Assembly: GCA_965215975.1 (NCBI GenBank)
Contig: OZ244136.1
Span: 2,965,281 to 3,029,280 of the forward strand
Length of the DNA: 64,000 nt
Direction: 5' to 3'
Origin: Dehalococcoidia bacterium
GTDB lineage: Bacteria; Chloroflexota; Dehalococcoidia; Lucifugimonadales; UBA3495
Shown: piece by piece, positions 1 to 8,570 of the stretch
Numbering within the stretch: position 1 is the stretch's first letter
How the letters are laid out: the number at the start of each line of letters is the position of its first letter
Translations under genes and position numbers: made by a program
The notes under the pieces: model-generated
Databases searched by the model: none
What the model saw: only the letters and a program-made list of their open reading frames with translations
Told to the model about the DNA's origin: nothing

Positions 1-1633
1 CCAGATTTTCAACCTTCTTGTGGGCAAGGAGGATCGAATAAAAGCCATTTTGTGTCGGCACGAGCAGACCGCAGCCATTATGGCGGATGCCTATGCCCGG
101 GCCAGCGGGAAGCCGGCTGTCGTGATGGGTCAGGGCCTGTTTATCGGTTCCAACGCCAGCTTTGGGATAATGGAGTCAATGCTCAGCAGTTCTCCCATGG
201 TGGTGCTTACCGATACCTCCGACGGGGGCAATGCCCTGCATCCGGCCAACCAGTCAGGTTCGGGAGAGTACGGAAGCATCGACCTGCCCACCATTATTAG
301 GTCAATGACCAAGTACACGTCGCTGGCTACCAGCCCTAAGGAGGCTGTACTGGGAACCCAGCTGGCAATTAAGCATGCGACCAGCGGGCGACCTGGTCCG
401 GCGGCGGTCGTAATGCGGTCCGCCTCCATTTCTGGTGAGGTTGATGTGGAGTCCCCTCCTTTTATTCACAACGCCGCAGGTTACCTCAACACCGCCAAAC
501 CTCAGAGTGCTCCCCAGGATATCGAGAAGGCAATCGAAATCCTTTCTTCTGCCAAGCGACCAATAATCATGGCCGGTAACGGTGTCCACCAGGCCAGGGC
601 CCACGCTCAGCTACAACAGCTTGCGGAAATGTGGGGCGTGCCGGTGGCCACCAGCTACAAGGGCAAGAGCGCCCTCGCCGAGACCCATCCGCTGTCCCTG
701 GGCATGGCGGGTGTGTACGGCCAGGAGGCGGCCAACCTGGGCGTGGGTGATGCTGATGCAGTGATAATAGTGGGCGCCAAGCTTAGCCCCCAGGACACCG
801 TTCGGGAGCAGCCCAATGTATTCGACCCCCTTACCCAGCGAATAGTTCAAATAGATATAGATGAGCGGAACGCCGGCTGGACCTTCCCCATTGAATTGGG
901 CCTTATCGGCGACGCCGGGAGCATTCTTACGCAGTTGGTGGAGGCTTCGCAGGAAGTCGCCCCATCGACAGCTTCCAATCGCGAAGAATGGACCGCCAGT
1001 GTGCCCGGACGTAGGTCTTCAGCCGGTTTCTTTGACGACCCGGCGATGCATGTGGATTCTTCCCCGGTAACGCCGCAACGTTTGGTTGCCCTGTTGCGGC
1101 AGACTATGCCGGACGACACGGTATACGCACTGGATGCTGGCAACAACCGGACATGGATGGCTCACTTGTACCAGTCTGCCCAGGCTCATACGTTTTTTGC
1201 TCCCGGCGGCACCGCCGGAATGGGCTGGGGATTACCCGCTGCTGTGGCCCTCAAGCTGGCTTACCCGGACCGCCCGGTGGTGGGAGTTACGGGAGACGGC
1301 GGCTACATGATGACGGTCAATGCCCTGTCCACTGCCATGCAGTACGAACTCCCCATGATTTGCATAGTATTCAACGACAACGCCCTGGGGATGGTGCGCC
1401 ACCACCAGCCAGAAGGCCGACGCATTGCCTCCGAGTTTATCGACACCGACAACTCCGCGGTCGCGCGGGGATTTGGTTGCTTTGGCGTTCAGGTAAATGA
1501 CTCCCGCAATTTGCCCGACGCCCTGAGAGACGCGCAAGCATCGGGGTTACCTTCAGTAATTGACGTGGTTATTGACCGTGGCCCGTCGCCGGACGACTGG
1601 CGCGCCGACCTCAGGACTGCCGGAGAGACTTAG
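1..1633 (+). CDS. Thiamine-diphosphate-dependent enzyme, acetolactate-synthase/IlvB-like family (5' end lies outside the window)
   Basis: Frame is open from nt 2, so the GTG at 20 is probably internal. N-terminal Pyr-domain signature RHEQTAAIMADAYARASGKPAVV. ThDP-binding motif GDG-x24-NDN near the C-terminus. TAG stop at 1631-1633. Confidence 0.85.
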   Translation, partial: QIFNLLVGKEDRIKAILCRHEQTAAIMADAYARASGKPAVVMGQGLFIGSNASFGIMESMLSSSPMVVLTDTSDGGNALHPANQSGSGEYGSIDLPTIIRSMTKYTSLATSPKEAVLGTQLAIKHATSGRPGPAAVVMRSASISGEVDVESPPFIHNAAGYLNTAKPQSAPQDIEKAIEILSSAKRPIIMAGNGVHQARAHAQLQQLAEMWGVPVATSYKGKSALAETHPLSLGMAGVYGQEAANLGVGDADAVIIVGAKLSPQDTVREQPNVFDPLTQRIVQIDIDERNAGWTFPIELGLIGDAGSILTQLVEASQEVAPSTASNREEWTASVPGRRSSAGFFDDPAMHVDSSPVTPQRLVALLRQTMPDDTVYALDAGNNRTWMAHLYQSAQAHTFFAPGGTAGMGWGLPAAVALKLAYPDRPVVGVTGDGGYMMTVNALSTAMQYELPMICIVFNDNALGMVRHHQPEGRRIASEFIDTDNSAVARGFGCFGVQVNDSRNLPDALRDAQASGLPSVIDVVIDRGPSPDDWRADLRTAGET

Positions 1634-1682
1634 GCCTGAGGCATTGCAGTCCGTCCCGAGACTTATATGTCTGACTAATTTT

Positions 1683-1717
1683 AGGGCAGGTTGCTCACCT
1701 GCCCTCCTTTAATTTTT
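1683..1717 (+). terminator. Intrinsic terminator candidate downstream of the ThDP enzyme gene
   Basis: 9-bp perfect stem AGGGCAGGT/ACCTGCCCT (1683-1691 / 1697-1705) with a 5-nt loop, followed by a T-rich tail (TTTAATTTTT). Confidence 0.6.
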
Positions 1718-1890
1718 CCCAGCTGTGCTCACCGGTAAGTAGTAGAGGAGCAGTCCGCGGGAGAGGGCCAATCCCTTAGCCGATTGTAGGGGCCAACAAA
1801 TTTAGGTATATTCCCTTTGCAGACTGGGCAAACCCCACGGCAGAGCGGTCTGACTGCATTATGTAAACTGAATACTAAGTGAGGCATTCG

Positions 1891-4017
1891 ATGGCAATCT
1901 GGACTGAAGCCCAACTGGCATCTATCGACAAGATGCTCAATCCCCAATCAGTCGCGGTGGTTGGCGCTACTCCCCGTATGCAATACGGTGGCCGCTTCCT
2001 CGACGCTATGTTGAAAGCCAAAGACCGAGTGAACATTTATCCGGTCAACCCCCGCTACGACGAAATCATGGGCGTACAGTCCTACCCCAGCGTCTCCGAT
2101 CTTCCCGAGGCGCCAGACCTTGTTGGTATCGTGGTGCCCTATCACCAGGTGCTGAATGTGCTTGAAGAGAGCCATGCCAAGGGCGCCAAGTCGGCTATCG
2201 TCATATCGGCCGGCTTTTCAGAACGGGACCTGGACGATCGTCGGGACCTACAAGGGGAGGTGGGAGCCTTCGCAAGGGAAACCGGCCTTCGAATCTGTGG
2301 CCCCAACTGCCTGGGCGTTGCCAACGTGCAGGCGGACATCTGGCCCTCCGCTTCATCGAGGGGTTCGGATGGGCTGAGTGGCCCCATTGGACTGGTCTGC
2401 CAGAGCGGCGCCTCGGCCTTCGGCCCTTTCCTCACCAGGGCGGTGGAAGAGGGTATTGGTTTGAGCCACATTATCTCCACCGGCAACGAGGCCGACCTGG
2501 ATTTCTGCGATTTTGCCCGCTACCTGCTGGATCAGGACTCGGTGAGCGTTATCGCGGGTTTCGTTGAGGGCTTCAAGGATGCCCGCAAGCTCGTGGAGGT
2601 GGCCAAATTGGCGGCGGAACGTGGAAAGCCCATAGTAATGATCAAGATTGGCCGATCCGACTTGGGTTCCCGCGCCGCTCGCTCTCATACCGCTGCCCTG
2701 ACTGGTGTGGACGCTCTCTATGATGAGGTCTTCGCACAATACGGAATAACCCGGGTCCAGGATTACGACGAACTGCTAGAGGTGTCCCAACTTTTGGCCC
2801 ATACCCGCAAACCTGGCAAGCCCGGCGTGGCCGTCGTGTCCCATTCCGGCGGGATCAGCTCTTTAACCGCGGACATGTGCGGTCAGGTCGGACTGGACCT
2901 GCCTCCCCTGACCGATGAGGCACGGGACGGCATCAACGAAGTACTCAAGGGTTTTGGCTGGGCGGCGAATCCTTCAGACGTTACCGGATTCGCCAACAGC
3001 GACTCGTTTCCAGAGATTATGCGCCATATGAGTGAGCAGCCCGAAATTGGCACCCTCGTCGTGGCCAGCGCCGGGTCCGATGCCCAGGCCGAACAGGTAA
3101 TTGCCCAGCGGGATGCCAGCGAAAGGGGTCTCGCGTTTCTTTGGACCGGAACCCGATCTGCCACTGCCGGTCTGTCCAGGCTGAAGGAAGCACGAGTACC
3201 CGTCTTCTATGTTCCGGACAAGCTGGCTTTTGGACTCCGTACTTTGCTCAATTATCACCAATGGCGGGACAGTCGCCAGACCGATGGGTTTGGGCAATGC
3301 CCGGCCATCACCCAGGATCAGGAACAGACCGTAGCTGGCTTGAAGGCTCTTGGGCGCACTGCCTTCTCCGAGCACGAGAGCAAGCGGCTCATTTCTGCCT
3401 GGGGCGTGCCTGTGGCGCAGGAAATAACCGCCAGCGACCCAGCGACGGCGGTAACAGCAGCGGAGAGTATCCGTTTCCCGGTAGCTGTCAAGGCTGACTC
3501 TCCGGACATCTTGCACAAGACCGAAGCTGGAGTGGTGAGGTTGGGCCTGAATAGCGCCGAGCAGGTGAGAAGCGCGGTTGAAGAGGTTATGTCAAATGCT
3601 GCCCTGGCCGCTCCCGGAGGAACAATTAATGGGGCCCTGGTGCAGGAAATGGTTTCGGGAGGCGTCGAGGTTATTGTCGGTGTTTCCTACGACCAGCAAT
3701 TGGGGCCGGTCCTGCTCTTCGGTACCGGTGGAGTGACTGTGGAAGTCTATAACGATGTTGCGTTGCGCCTTTGCCCGATCAGCAGGGCCGAAGCCGTTGA
3801 AATGATTGACCAAGTTAAAGGTTCGAGGCTGCTCAAGGGGTTCAGAGGTTCGCCTTCGGCAGATGTTGATGCCTTGGCCGACGTGTTGGTGCAGGTTTCC
3901 CATATGGCGTCGCAGCTTGAGGGCACTCTTTCCGAACTGGATATCAACCCACTGATGGTATTGCCTGAAGGGCAGGGAGTTCGCGCGGTAGACGCGCTGG
4001 CGGTGTTTAGGGAGTAG
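1891..4017 (+). CDS. ADP-forming (NDP-forming) acyl/acetyl-CoA synthetase, fused alpha+beta type
   Basis: N-terminal CoA-binding Rossmann segment (SVAVVGATPR...YPVNP), a succinyl-CoA-ligase-like flavodoxin domain and a C-terminal ATP-grasp domain. ATG at 1891; the in-frame GTG at 1879 is an alternative start. Confidence 0.85.
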   Translation: MAIWTEAQLASIDKMLNPQSVAVVGATPRMQYGGRFLDAMLKAKDRVNIYPVNPRYDEIMGVQSYPSVSDLPEAPDLVGIVVPYHQVLNVLEESHAKGAKSAIVISAGFSERDLDDRRDLQGEVGAFARETGLRICGPNCLGVANVQADIWPSASSRGSDGLSGPIGLVCQSGASAFGPFLTRAVEEGIGLSHIISTGNEADLDFCDFARYLLDQDSVSVIAGFVEGFKDARKLVEVAKLAAERGKPIVMIKIGRSDLGSRAARSHTAALTGVDALYDEVFAQYGITRVQDYDELLEVSQLLAHTRKPGKPGVAVVSHSGGISSLTADMCGQVGLDLPPLTDEARDGINEVLKGFGWAANPSDVTGFANSDSFPEIMRHMSEQPEIGTLVVASAGSDAQAEQVIAQRDASERGLAFLWTGTRSATAGLSRLKEARVPVFYVPDKLAFGLRTLLNYHQWRDSRQTDGFGQCPAITQDQEQTVAGLKALGRTAFSEHESKRLISAWGVPVAQEITASDPATAVTAAESIRFPVAVKADSPDILHKTEAGVVRLGLNSAEQVRSAVEEVMSNAALAAPGGTINGALVQEMVSGGVEVIVGVSYDQQLGPVLLFGTGGVTVEVYNDVALRLCPISRAEAVEMIDQVKGSRLLKGFRGSPSADVDALADVLVQVSHMASQLEGTLSELDINPLMVLPEGQGVRAVDALAVFRE

Positions 4018-4049
4018 GTTCCTAAGTTTCATCTGGCACTTAACAACAG

Positions 4050-4105
4050 CGCCAGGGAGCATGCGGTTGCGGGTTTAACCTCGATGCTTCCTGGCGTTTT
4101 CTTTT
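4050..4105 (+). terminator. Terminator-like hairpin between the convergent acyl-CoA synthetase and PNPOx-like genes
   Basis: 13-bp stem CGCCAGGGAGCAT/ATGCTTCCTGGCG (one G-U pair) with a 21-nt loop, followed by TTTTCTTTT. Confidence 0.5.
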
Positions 4106-4121
4106 CCCACATTCCCCGGAT

Positions 4122-4541
4122 TCACTCTCTTTCTTGCAGCACGTTTCCTCCCAGGTCGGTAATGCTGTCAATCTTGACCAGCACCGCCGCGCCCAATCGG
4201 TCCGGGTCCCGGTCCAGTTCGGCCTGCACCGTTCGATGCATCACGTTGTTTCTGATGGCCCCCGACTCGTAAACCGTGGCCCGTCCGTGGAAGCGCCAGG
4301 TTATCCGAAGCGGTGAGTTGCGGTAAAAGATGACGACGTGGGGATTCTCTGCCACATTCTCCAGGGCCGATCGCTTGGCCCGCTCCCAATAAGCCAGAGT
4401 TTCCCGGTCAAACACCATCACACTGCCCTTCATGCTGATTTGCGGCTTTCCCTCCTTGGTCGCGGTGCCCAAAAGGCAGGTGCAACGGTCGTCCATAGCG
4501 CTGTCTAACAGTTGCCGCATCTGATCATCCAGGTAGATCAT
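4122..4541 (-). CDS. Pyridoxamine 5'-phosphate oxidase-like FMN-binding split-barrel family protein
   Basis: 139-aa ORF. Sequence pattern typical of PNPOx-like proteins (LLGTATKEGKPQISMKGS...VVIFYRN...WRFHGRA). Confidence 0.7.
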   Translation of the reverse strand: MIYLDDQMRQLLDSAMDDRCTCLLGTATKEGKPQISMKGSVMVFDRETLAYWERAKRSALENVAENPHVVIFYRNSPLRITWRFHGRATVYESGAIRNNVMHRTVQAELDRDPDRLGAAVLVKIDSITDLGGNVLQERE

Positions 4542-4606
4542 GGTTGTAACTCCTCTTCCTTTGGGGCATTCAGTAACGGTGCTCGTCCCAAATGAAGGAT
4601 TTAGTT

Positions 4607-4632
4607 TTGGCAGAGAATAAATATAGTATAAT
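4607..4632 (+). promoter_or_regulatory. Candidate sigma70-type promoter upstream of the STAND gene
   Basis: Perfect TATAAT at 4627-4632 and TTGGCA at 4607-4612. The spacer is only 14 nt, which is suboptimal, so this is weak. Confidence 0.25.
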
Positions 4633-4742
4633 GCGGGCGAGCGCCCCTATGTGGCGCCAACGAGAGATTTCATTCCTGAGAACCTTTCAAACTGCTGTTT
4701 GGGCACGGAATAATTGTCTGCCAGCAGCCCCAATCTTGGTAT

Positions 4743-7700
4743 TTGTGGAGTCAACCATTGGTCAAGCGTTTGGAAATTCATGACCTGCCTGAATCCGGCC
4801 AGCTTCAGCTCGTGCTTCAAGAGGATGATGGCGTCAAGTCAGCTCCGCCAGTCCAGTTTGGAAACCCACTGGATGATTCTGGACGATCAGAGATTTGCTG
4901 GTACTTTCAGGAGTATTTGGATAGCCCCTTTGGCGCATCCCGAGAACGCGCCCAGACGGTTGAAAACGGTTTCAGAAATTTGGGACGTCTGCTGTTCGAG
5001 TTCGTCTTTGGGGGCGGCGAAAACCGGGAGATGTTCGTAGCCGCTGCTACGGAAGGTTTATCCAACTATCAACTGGCTATAGTCTCCAATAGACCTGATT
5101 TTCTTGCCGTTCCCTGGGAATTGATGAACACTCCGGAATCAGGATTCCTGACTTCCACTTTATCATCCCTGGTGCGCCGGTCCAGCCCGTTGCCGTTGGT
5201 TCCCTTTGAGCCGAGCCTGACTGCGGAACAGATCAATGTCTTAATGGTTTCTCCCTATTCTGAAGGCAGGGACGGCGCCTATGCCGGCGGCTTGGCGACA
5301 ACCCTTGTTCCGGTTTTGGATTCGCTGGATGTGCAAGTGGAACTGGATTTTCTCCGACCTCCTACGCTGGACTGTTTGAAGCGTATGTTGGCAGAAAATA
5401 GTTCCAGGTATCACGCGGTCCATATTGATGGCATTTTCCTGGATGAAGAGGGAAGCATACTGCTGGAAACAGAGAATGCGTCGGGCGAATCTGTAAGCGC
5501 CGGCCAGATTGCTGAAATTCTTCTGGCAGCCGATGTTCCGATAGTTATGGTAAGCGCCGGGGACCGGGGACCCCGCCGAACCGAGGTAACCAAAGGCTGG
5601 AACGAACTTACGTCAAGATTTTCGGCGGCCGGCATACCGGTCACTGTCGCTTTGCCCCACCGGTTTCACGACCCGGCGGTAGGCGAAGGCTTCCTGAGGC
5701 GTTTCTATCAGACTCTCGTCAGAGGTGAAGAAGTGGCCGTGGCCCTGGGTGGATCTCGCTCCGGCCTGATGGAGCAGCCCCGCCGGACATCTCTGGCCGG
5801 CCCACAGGTTTCCTGGGATTGGATAACCCCGGTCGTCTATCAGGCGCGCCACTACTCCCCACCGGTTATTGAGGCAGAAGCGCCTAACCCGCTCGGAGTT
5901 CCCGTGATTCAACCGCAAGAAGAAACTCCCGCCGAAAGCCAGTTTCCCGCCGCTGGGCAATACGGATTGGTTGGGCGCCTTTCCGAAATGTCCCAACTGG
6001 AACGGCAGCTTGAGCACCATGCTGTGGTCCTCTTAAACGGCAATACCGGGGTTGGCAAGACCGAATTGGCCTTGGGTCTGGCTCGTTGGTACCAGAAAAC
6101 TGGACGGAAGGAGTTGCCCGGCGGCGTATTCTATACGCCCTTTGAAATTGCCCATTCCGCCAGCCTGGAAAGGGTTGTCCACGAGATTGGAACCTCGCTG
6201 CTTGATTTGAAATTTGCCGAAATGAGCGCGGACAGGCAGCGTGACTGGGTTGTTGATTACCTTAAGGAACAGCCCTCCCTCCTAATACTGGATGGCGTGG
6301 AAATTATTGCCGGTTTCCCCGAAGGCTCGCCAGGACTCCTGGAGGAACCTGAAAAAAGGGAATTGGCCCAATTTATTGCCGACATAACGGGCCCAGGCGC
6401 CAGCCGCGTTCTCCTCACCAGCAGGAATGTAACTGAAGACTGGTTAACAGTTCATTATTCCAGTTTAACTTTAGGCGGCTTGAACCAGTACGACCGAAGG
6501 GACCTGGCGACAGCCATCCTGGCCAATGCAGCAGTGGAACCCGATCGCGTGAACGAAGATGTCGTGAGATTGGTTGACGACGTGGAAGGCCATCCCTTGG
6601 CTTGCCAGGTAGCCCTTCCACTGTTGAAAGAGGCGCCGGCCTCGGTAATTCGCGGGGAGCTGGAACGTAGCCTCGCCGAATTTCCTGAAAGCTCAGTGGA
6701 GGACGGTCGCGACAATTATTTGACTGCGCTGATGGAATACTCGTGGTCCAAGATGTCTCACCGCAGCAGGACTCACTTGCCTTTCCTGGCTCTTTTCCAG
6801 CGCAGAGTAATGATGGACATCCTGACCCACATCACGCAGGAACAAGCCTACCGCTCAGCCATGGGTGAAGAACTGGGTTGGGGCGCTTGCCGAACCCTGC
6901 TGCGTTCCGGTCTGGCTGCCGGTTTTCTGGAACCTATCTCTCCCAGCGTTTACCAGGTTCATCCCGCAGTTCCACGATTTCTTGGTTCCAAGTTGGGCCG
7001 TCAGCTTCGTGGTGACACCATTGGACATTTGGAGTCAGAATTCGTGCGGGTTTACGCTGACACGGCCGATTACTTCATGGAATCCCTCTACGAGAACCAG
7101 GCCTCAGGAGCAACGGCGGTGCTTGCAGAAGAGGGCAACTTGAACCAGGCGTTGGGCCTGGCATTGGAAGCCCGCCAGTGGGACAATGCGCAGCTGATTG
7201 TTCAACCCTTGGCCCAGGTATACCGCATGCAGAGGCGAATCCCCGAGTTGCGGAGGCTGCGAGCGCAGCTTTTGGAAGCTGTGGGTGGTTCGGCTTCCGA
7301 AGCGGATGAGGCGGGTGCCATCGACCTTTGGATGTACCTGTTGGGTACCGACGTCAGCGAATCGGTCGAACAAGGCGAAGTTCAGCGGGCGCTGGAATTG
7401 AACCAGCAGTTATCGGACTACCTTACTGAGCTTCCTGAGGCAGAAGCGGACCCGAGGGTCGCCTCCGTTTACCATCAATTCGGGGCCATTGCCCTTCTGC
7501 TGCGCCGCCTGGACGAAGCCGCCGGTTGGTTCCAGCGGTCGCTGGCTATTATCGAAAATGAAGAAGACCGCTCCGCCGTGGCTGACGATTATTTTGCGTT
7601 GGGTCAAGTAAGGCAGCAACAGCGCCTGTATACCGAGGCTAAAGAGTGGTACAGCAAGGCACTGGATATTCACCAGCGGCTGCCCGATGAAGAAGAAATG

Positions 7701-8432
7701 GTCAAGGATTACCGGGCCCTGGGCCTGGTAACCCAGTTGAAGTTTGAATACAAGGAAGCGGAAAGCTGGTATCACCGAGCCAGGGACTTGGTTGAAGAGC
7801 ACCGGGACGAGGAGACGGCCGTACTGATTTTTCATGAGCTGGGTACCGTCTCCCACGCTCAATATAATTTCGACGAGGCCAAGTCCTGGTACCAGCAGGC
7901 GCTAAGCCTGAGCGATCGGCAGGGCAATACGGCTCAGTTGGCCACAGAACTGCACTTCCTGGGGCTGCTGGAACAAGACCGGGGCATTGTGTACGAAGAG
8001 GCTGAGGAGTGGTATCTGGCTGCATTGGAAAGGCGGGAGGACTTGGGCGACCGCCGCGGGGCAGGGGATGAATGCCGCCAACTGGGGGTGCTGTTCCACG
8101 AACAAAAACTCTATGACCAGGCCGAGAATTGGTACCATCAGGCACGGGAAATCTTCGAAAACTTGGGCGATGTCCAGCGACTAGCCCGTACCTATGGCCA
8201 GTTGGGTATGGTGGCTGAGGAACAGGACAACTTGAGCGGCGCTTTGGAGTGGGCCACCCGAACTTACAAGTTGGTGACAGAATACGAACTGCCTGTGTTA
8301 ATCCAGGTTAAAGCCCACTTGGCTAGGCTGAGGGATAAGTACGGAGAGGTCGAATTTGGGCGTTGGTGGCTGGACTTTACCGGTGACGAAGCCCCAACGG
8401 ACCTGGATGTTGATACCAGTGGAATTCTGTAA
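4743..8432 (+). CDS. STAND NTPase with N-terminal CHAT-like (caspase-fold) domain, central NB-ARC-type P-loop module and C-terminal TPR array
   Basis: CHAT-like landmarks: PWELM, YHAVHIDG, IVMVSAGD, FLRRFYQTL. Walker A GNTGVGKTELA, Walker B LLILDGVE, SRVLLTSRN, and a GLPL-like GHPLA. About 7 repeats of 40-42 aa share an A-x-x-W-[YF]-x-x-A core (AKEWYSKAL, AESWYHRAR, AKSWYQQAL, AEEWYLAAL, AENWYHQAR...). The TTG start at 4743 is uncertain. Confidence 0.85.
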   Translation: MWSQPLVKRLEIHDLPESGQLQLVLQEDDGVKSAPPVQFGNPLDDSGRSEICWYFQEYLDSPFGASRERAQTVENGFRNLGRLLFEFVFGGGENREMFVAAATEGLSNYQLAIVSNRPDFLAVPWELMNTPESGFLTSTLSSLVRRSSPLPLVPFEPSLTAEQINVLMVSPYSEGRDGAYAGGLATTLVPVLDSLDVQVELDFLRPPTLDCLKRMLAENSSRYHAVHIDGIFLDEEGSILLETENASGESVSAGQIAEILLAADVPIVMVSAGDRGPRRTEVTKGWNELTSRFSAAGIPVTVALPHRFHDPAVGEGFLRRFYQTLVRGEEVAVALGGSRSGLMEQPRRTSLAGPQVSWDWITPVVYQARHYSPPVIEAEAPNPLGVPVIQPQEETPAESQFPAAGQYGLVGRLSEMSQLERQLEHHAVVLLNGNTGVGKTELALGLARWYQKTGRKELPGGVFYTPFEIAHSASLERVVHEIGTSLLDLKFAEMSADRQRDWVVDYLKEQPSLLILDGVEIIAGFPEGSPGLLEEPEKRELAQFIADITGPGASRVLLTSRNVTEDWLTVHYSSLTLGGLNQYDRRDLATAILANAAVEPDRVNEDVVRLVDDVEGHPLACQVALPLLKEAPASVIRGELERSLAEFPESSVEDGRDNYLTALMEYSWSKMSHRSRTHLPFLALFQRRVMMDILTHITQEQAYRSAMGEELGWGACRTLLRSGLAAGFLEPISPSVYQVHPAVPRFLGSKLGRQLRGDTIGHLESEFVRVYADTADYFMESLYENQASGATAVLAEEGNLNQALGLALEARQWDNAQLIVQPLAQVYRMQRRIPELRRLRAQLLEAVGGSASEADEAGAIDLWMYLLGTDVSESVEQGEVQRALELNQQLSDYLTELPEAEADPRVASVYHQFGAIALLLRRLDEAAGWFQRSLAIIENEEDRSAVADDYFALGQVRQQQRLYTEAKEWYSKALDIHQRLPDEEEMVKDYRALGLVTQLKFEYKEAESWYHRARDLVEEHRDEETAVLIFHELGTVSHAQYNFDEAKSWYQQALSLSDRQGNTAQLATELHFLGLLEQDRGIVYEEAEEWYLAALERREDLGDRRGAGDECRQLGVLFHEQKLYDQAENWYHQAREIFENLGDVQRLARTYGQLGMVAEEQDNLSGALEWATRTYKLVTEYELPVLIQVKAHLARLRDKYGEVEFGRWWLDFTGDEAPTDLDVDTSGIL

Positions 8433-8570
8433 ACTTTTCCAAAGCTAATTTCAGCGGTAGTTCCCCACTTAGCGACCCATCCCTCAAGCCTTTTGGGAGA
8501 GGGCCGCCAGGTTGAAACACTTTCCGACGATTATCAAAATGGAGCTTTCGTGAGCTAAAGGAGGCAGGAA

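Noticed and set aside
4592-5040. Small plus-strand ORFs (4592-4783, 4714-5040) upstream of or overlapping the STAND gene start
   Set aside because: They have no SD and no motifs, and they overlap the 5' end of the long ORF in other frames. They only underline that the true start codon of the STAND gene is uncertain.
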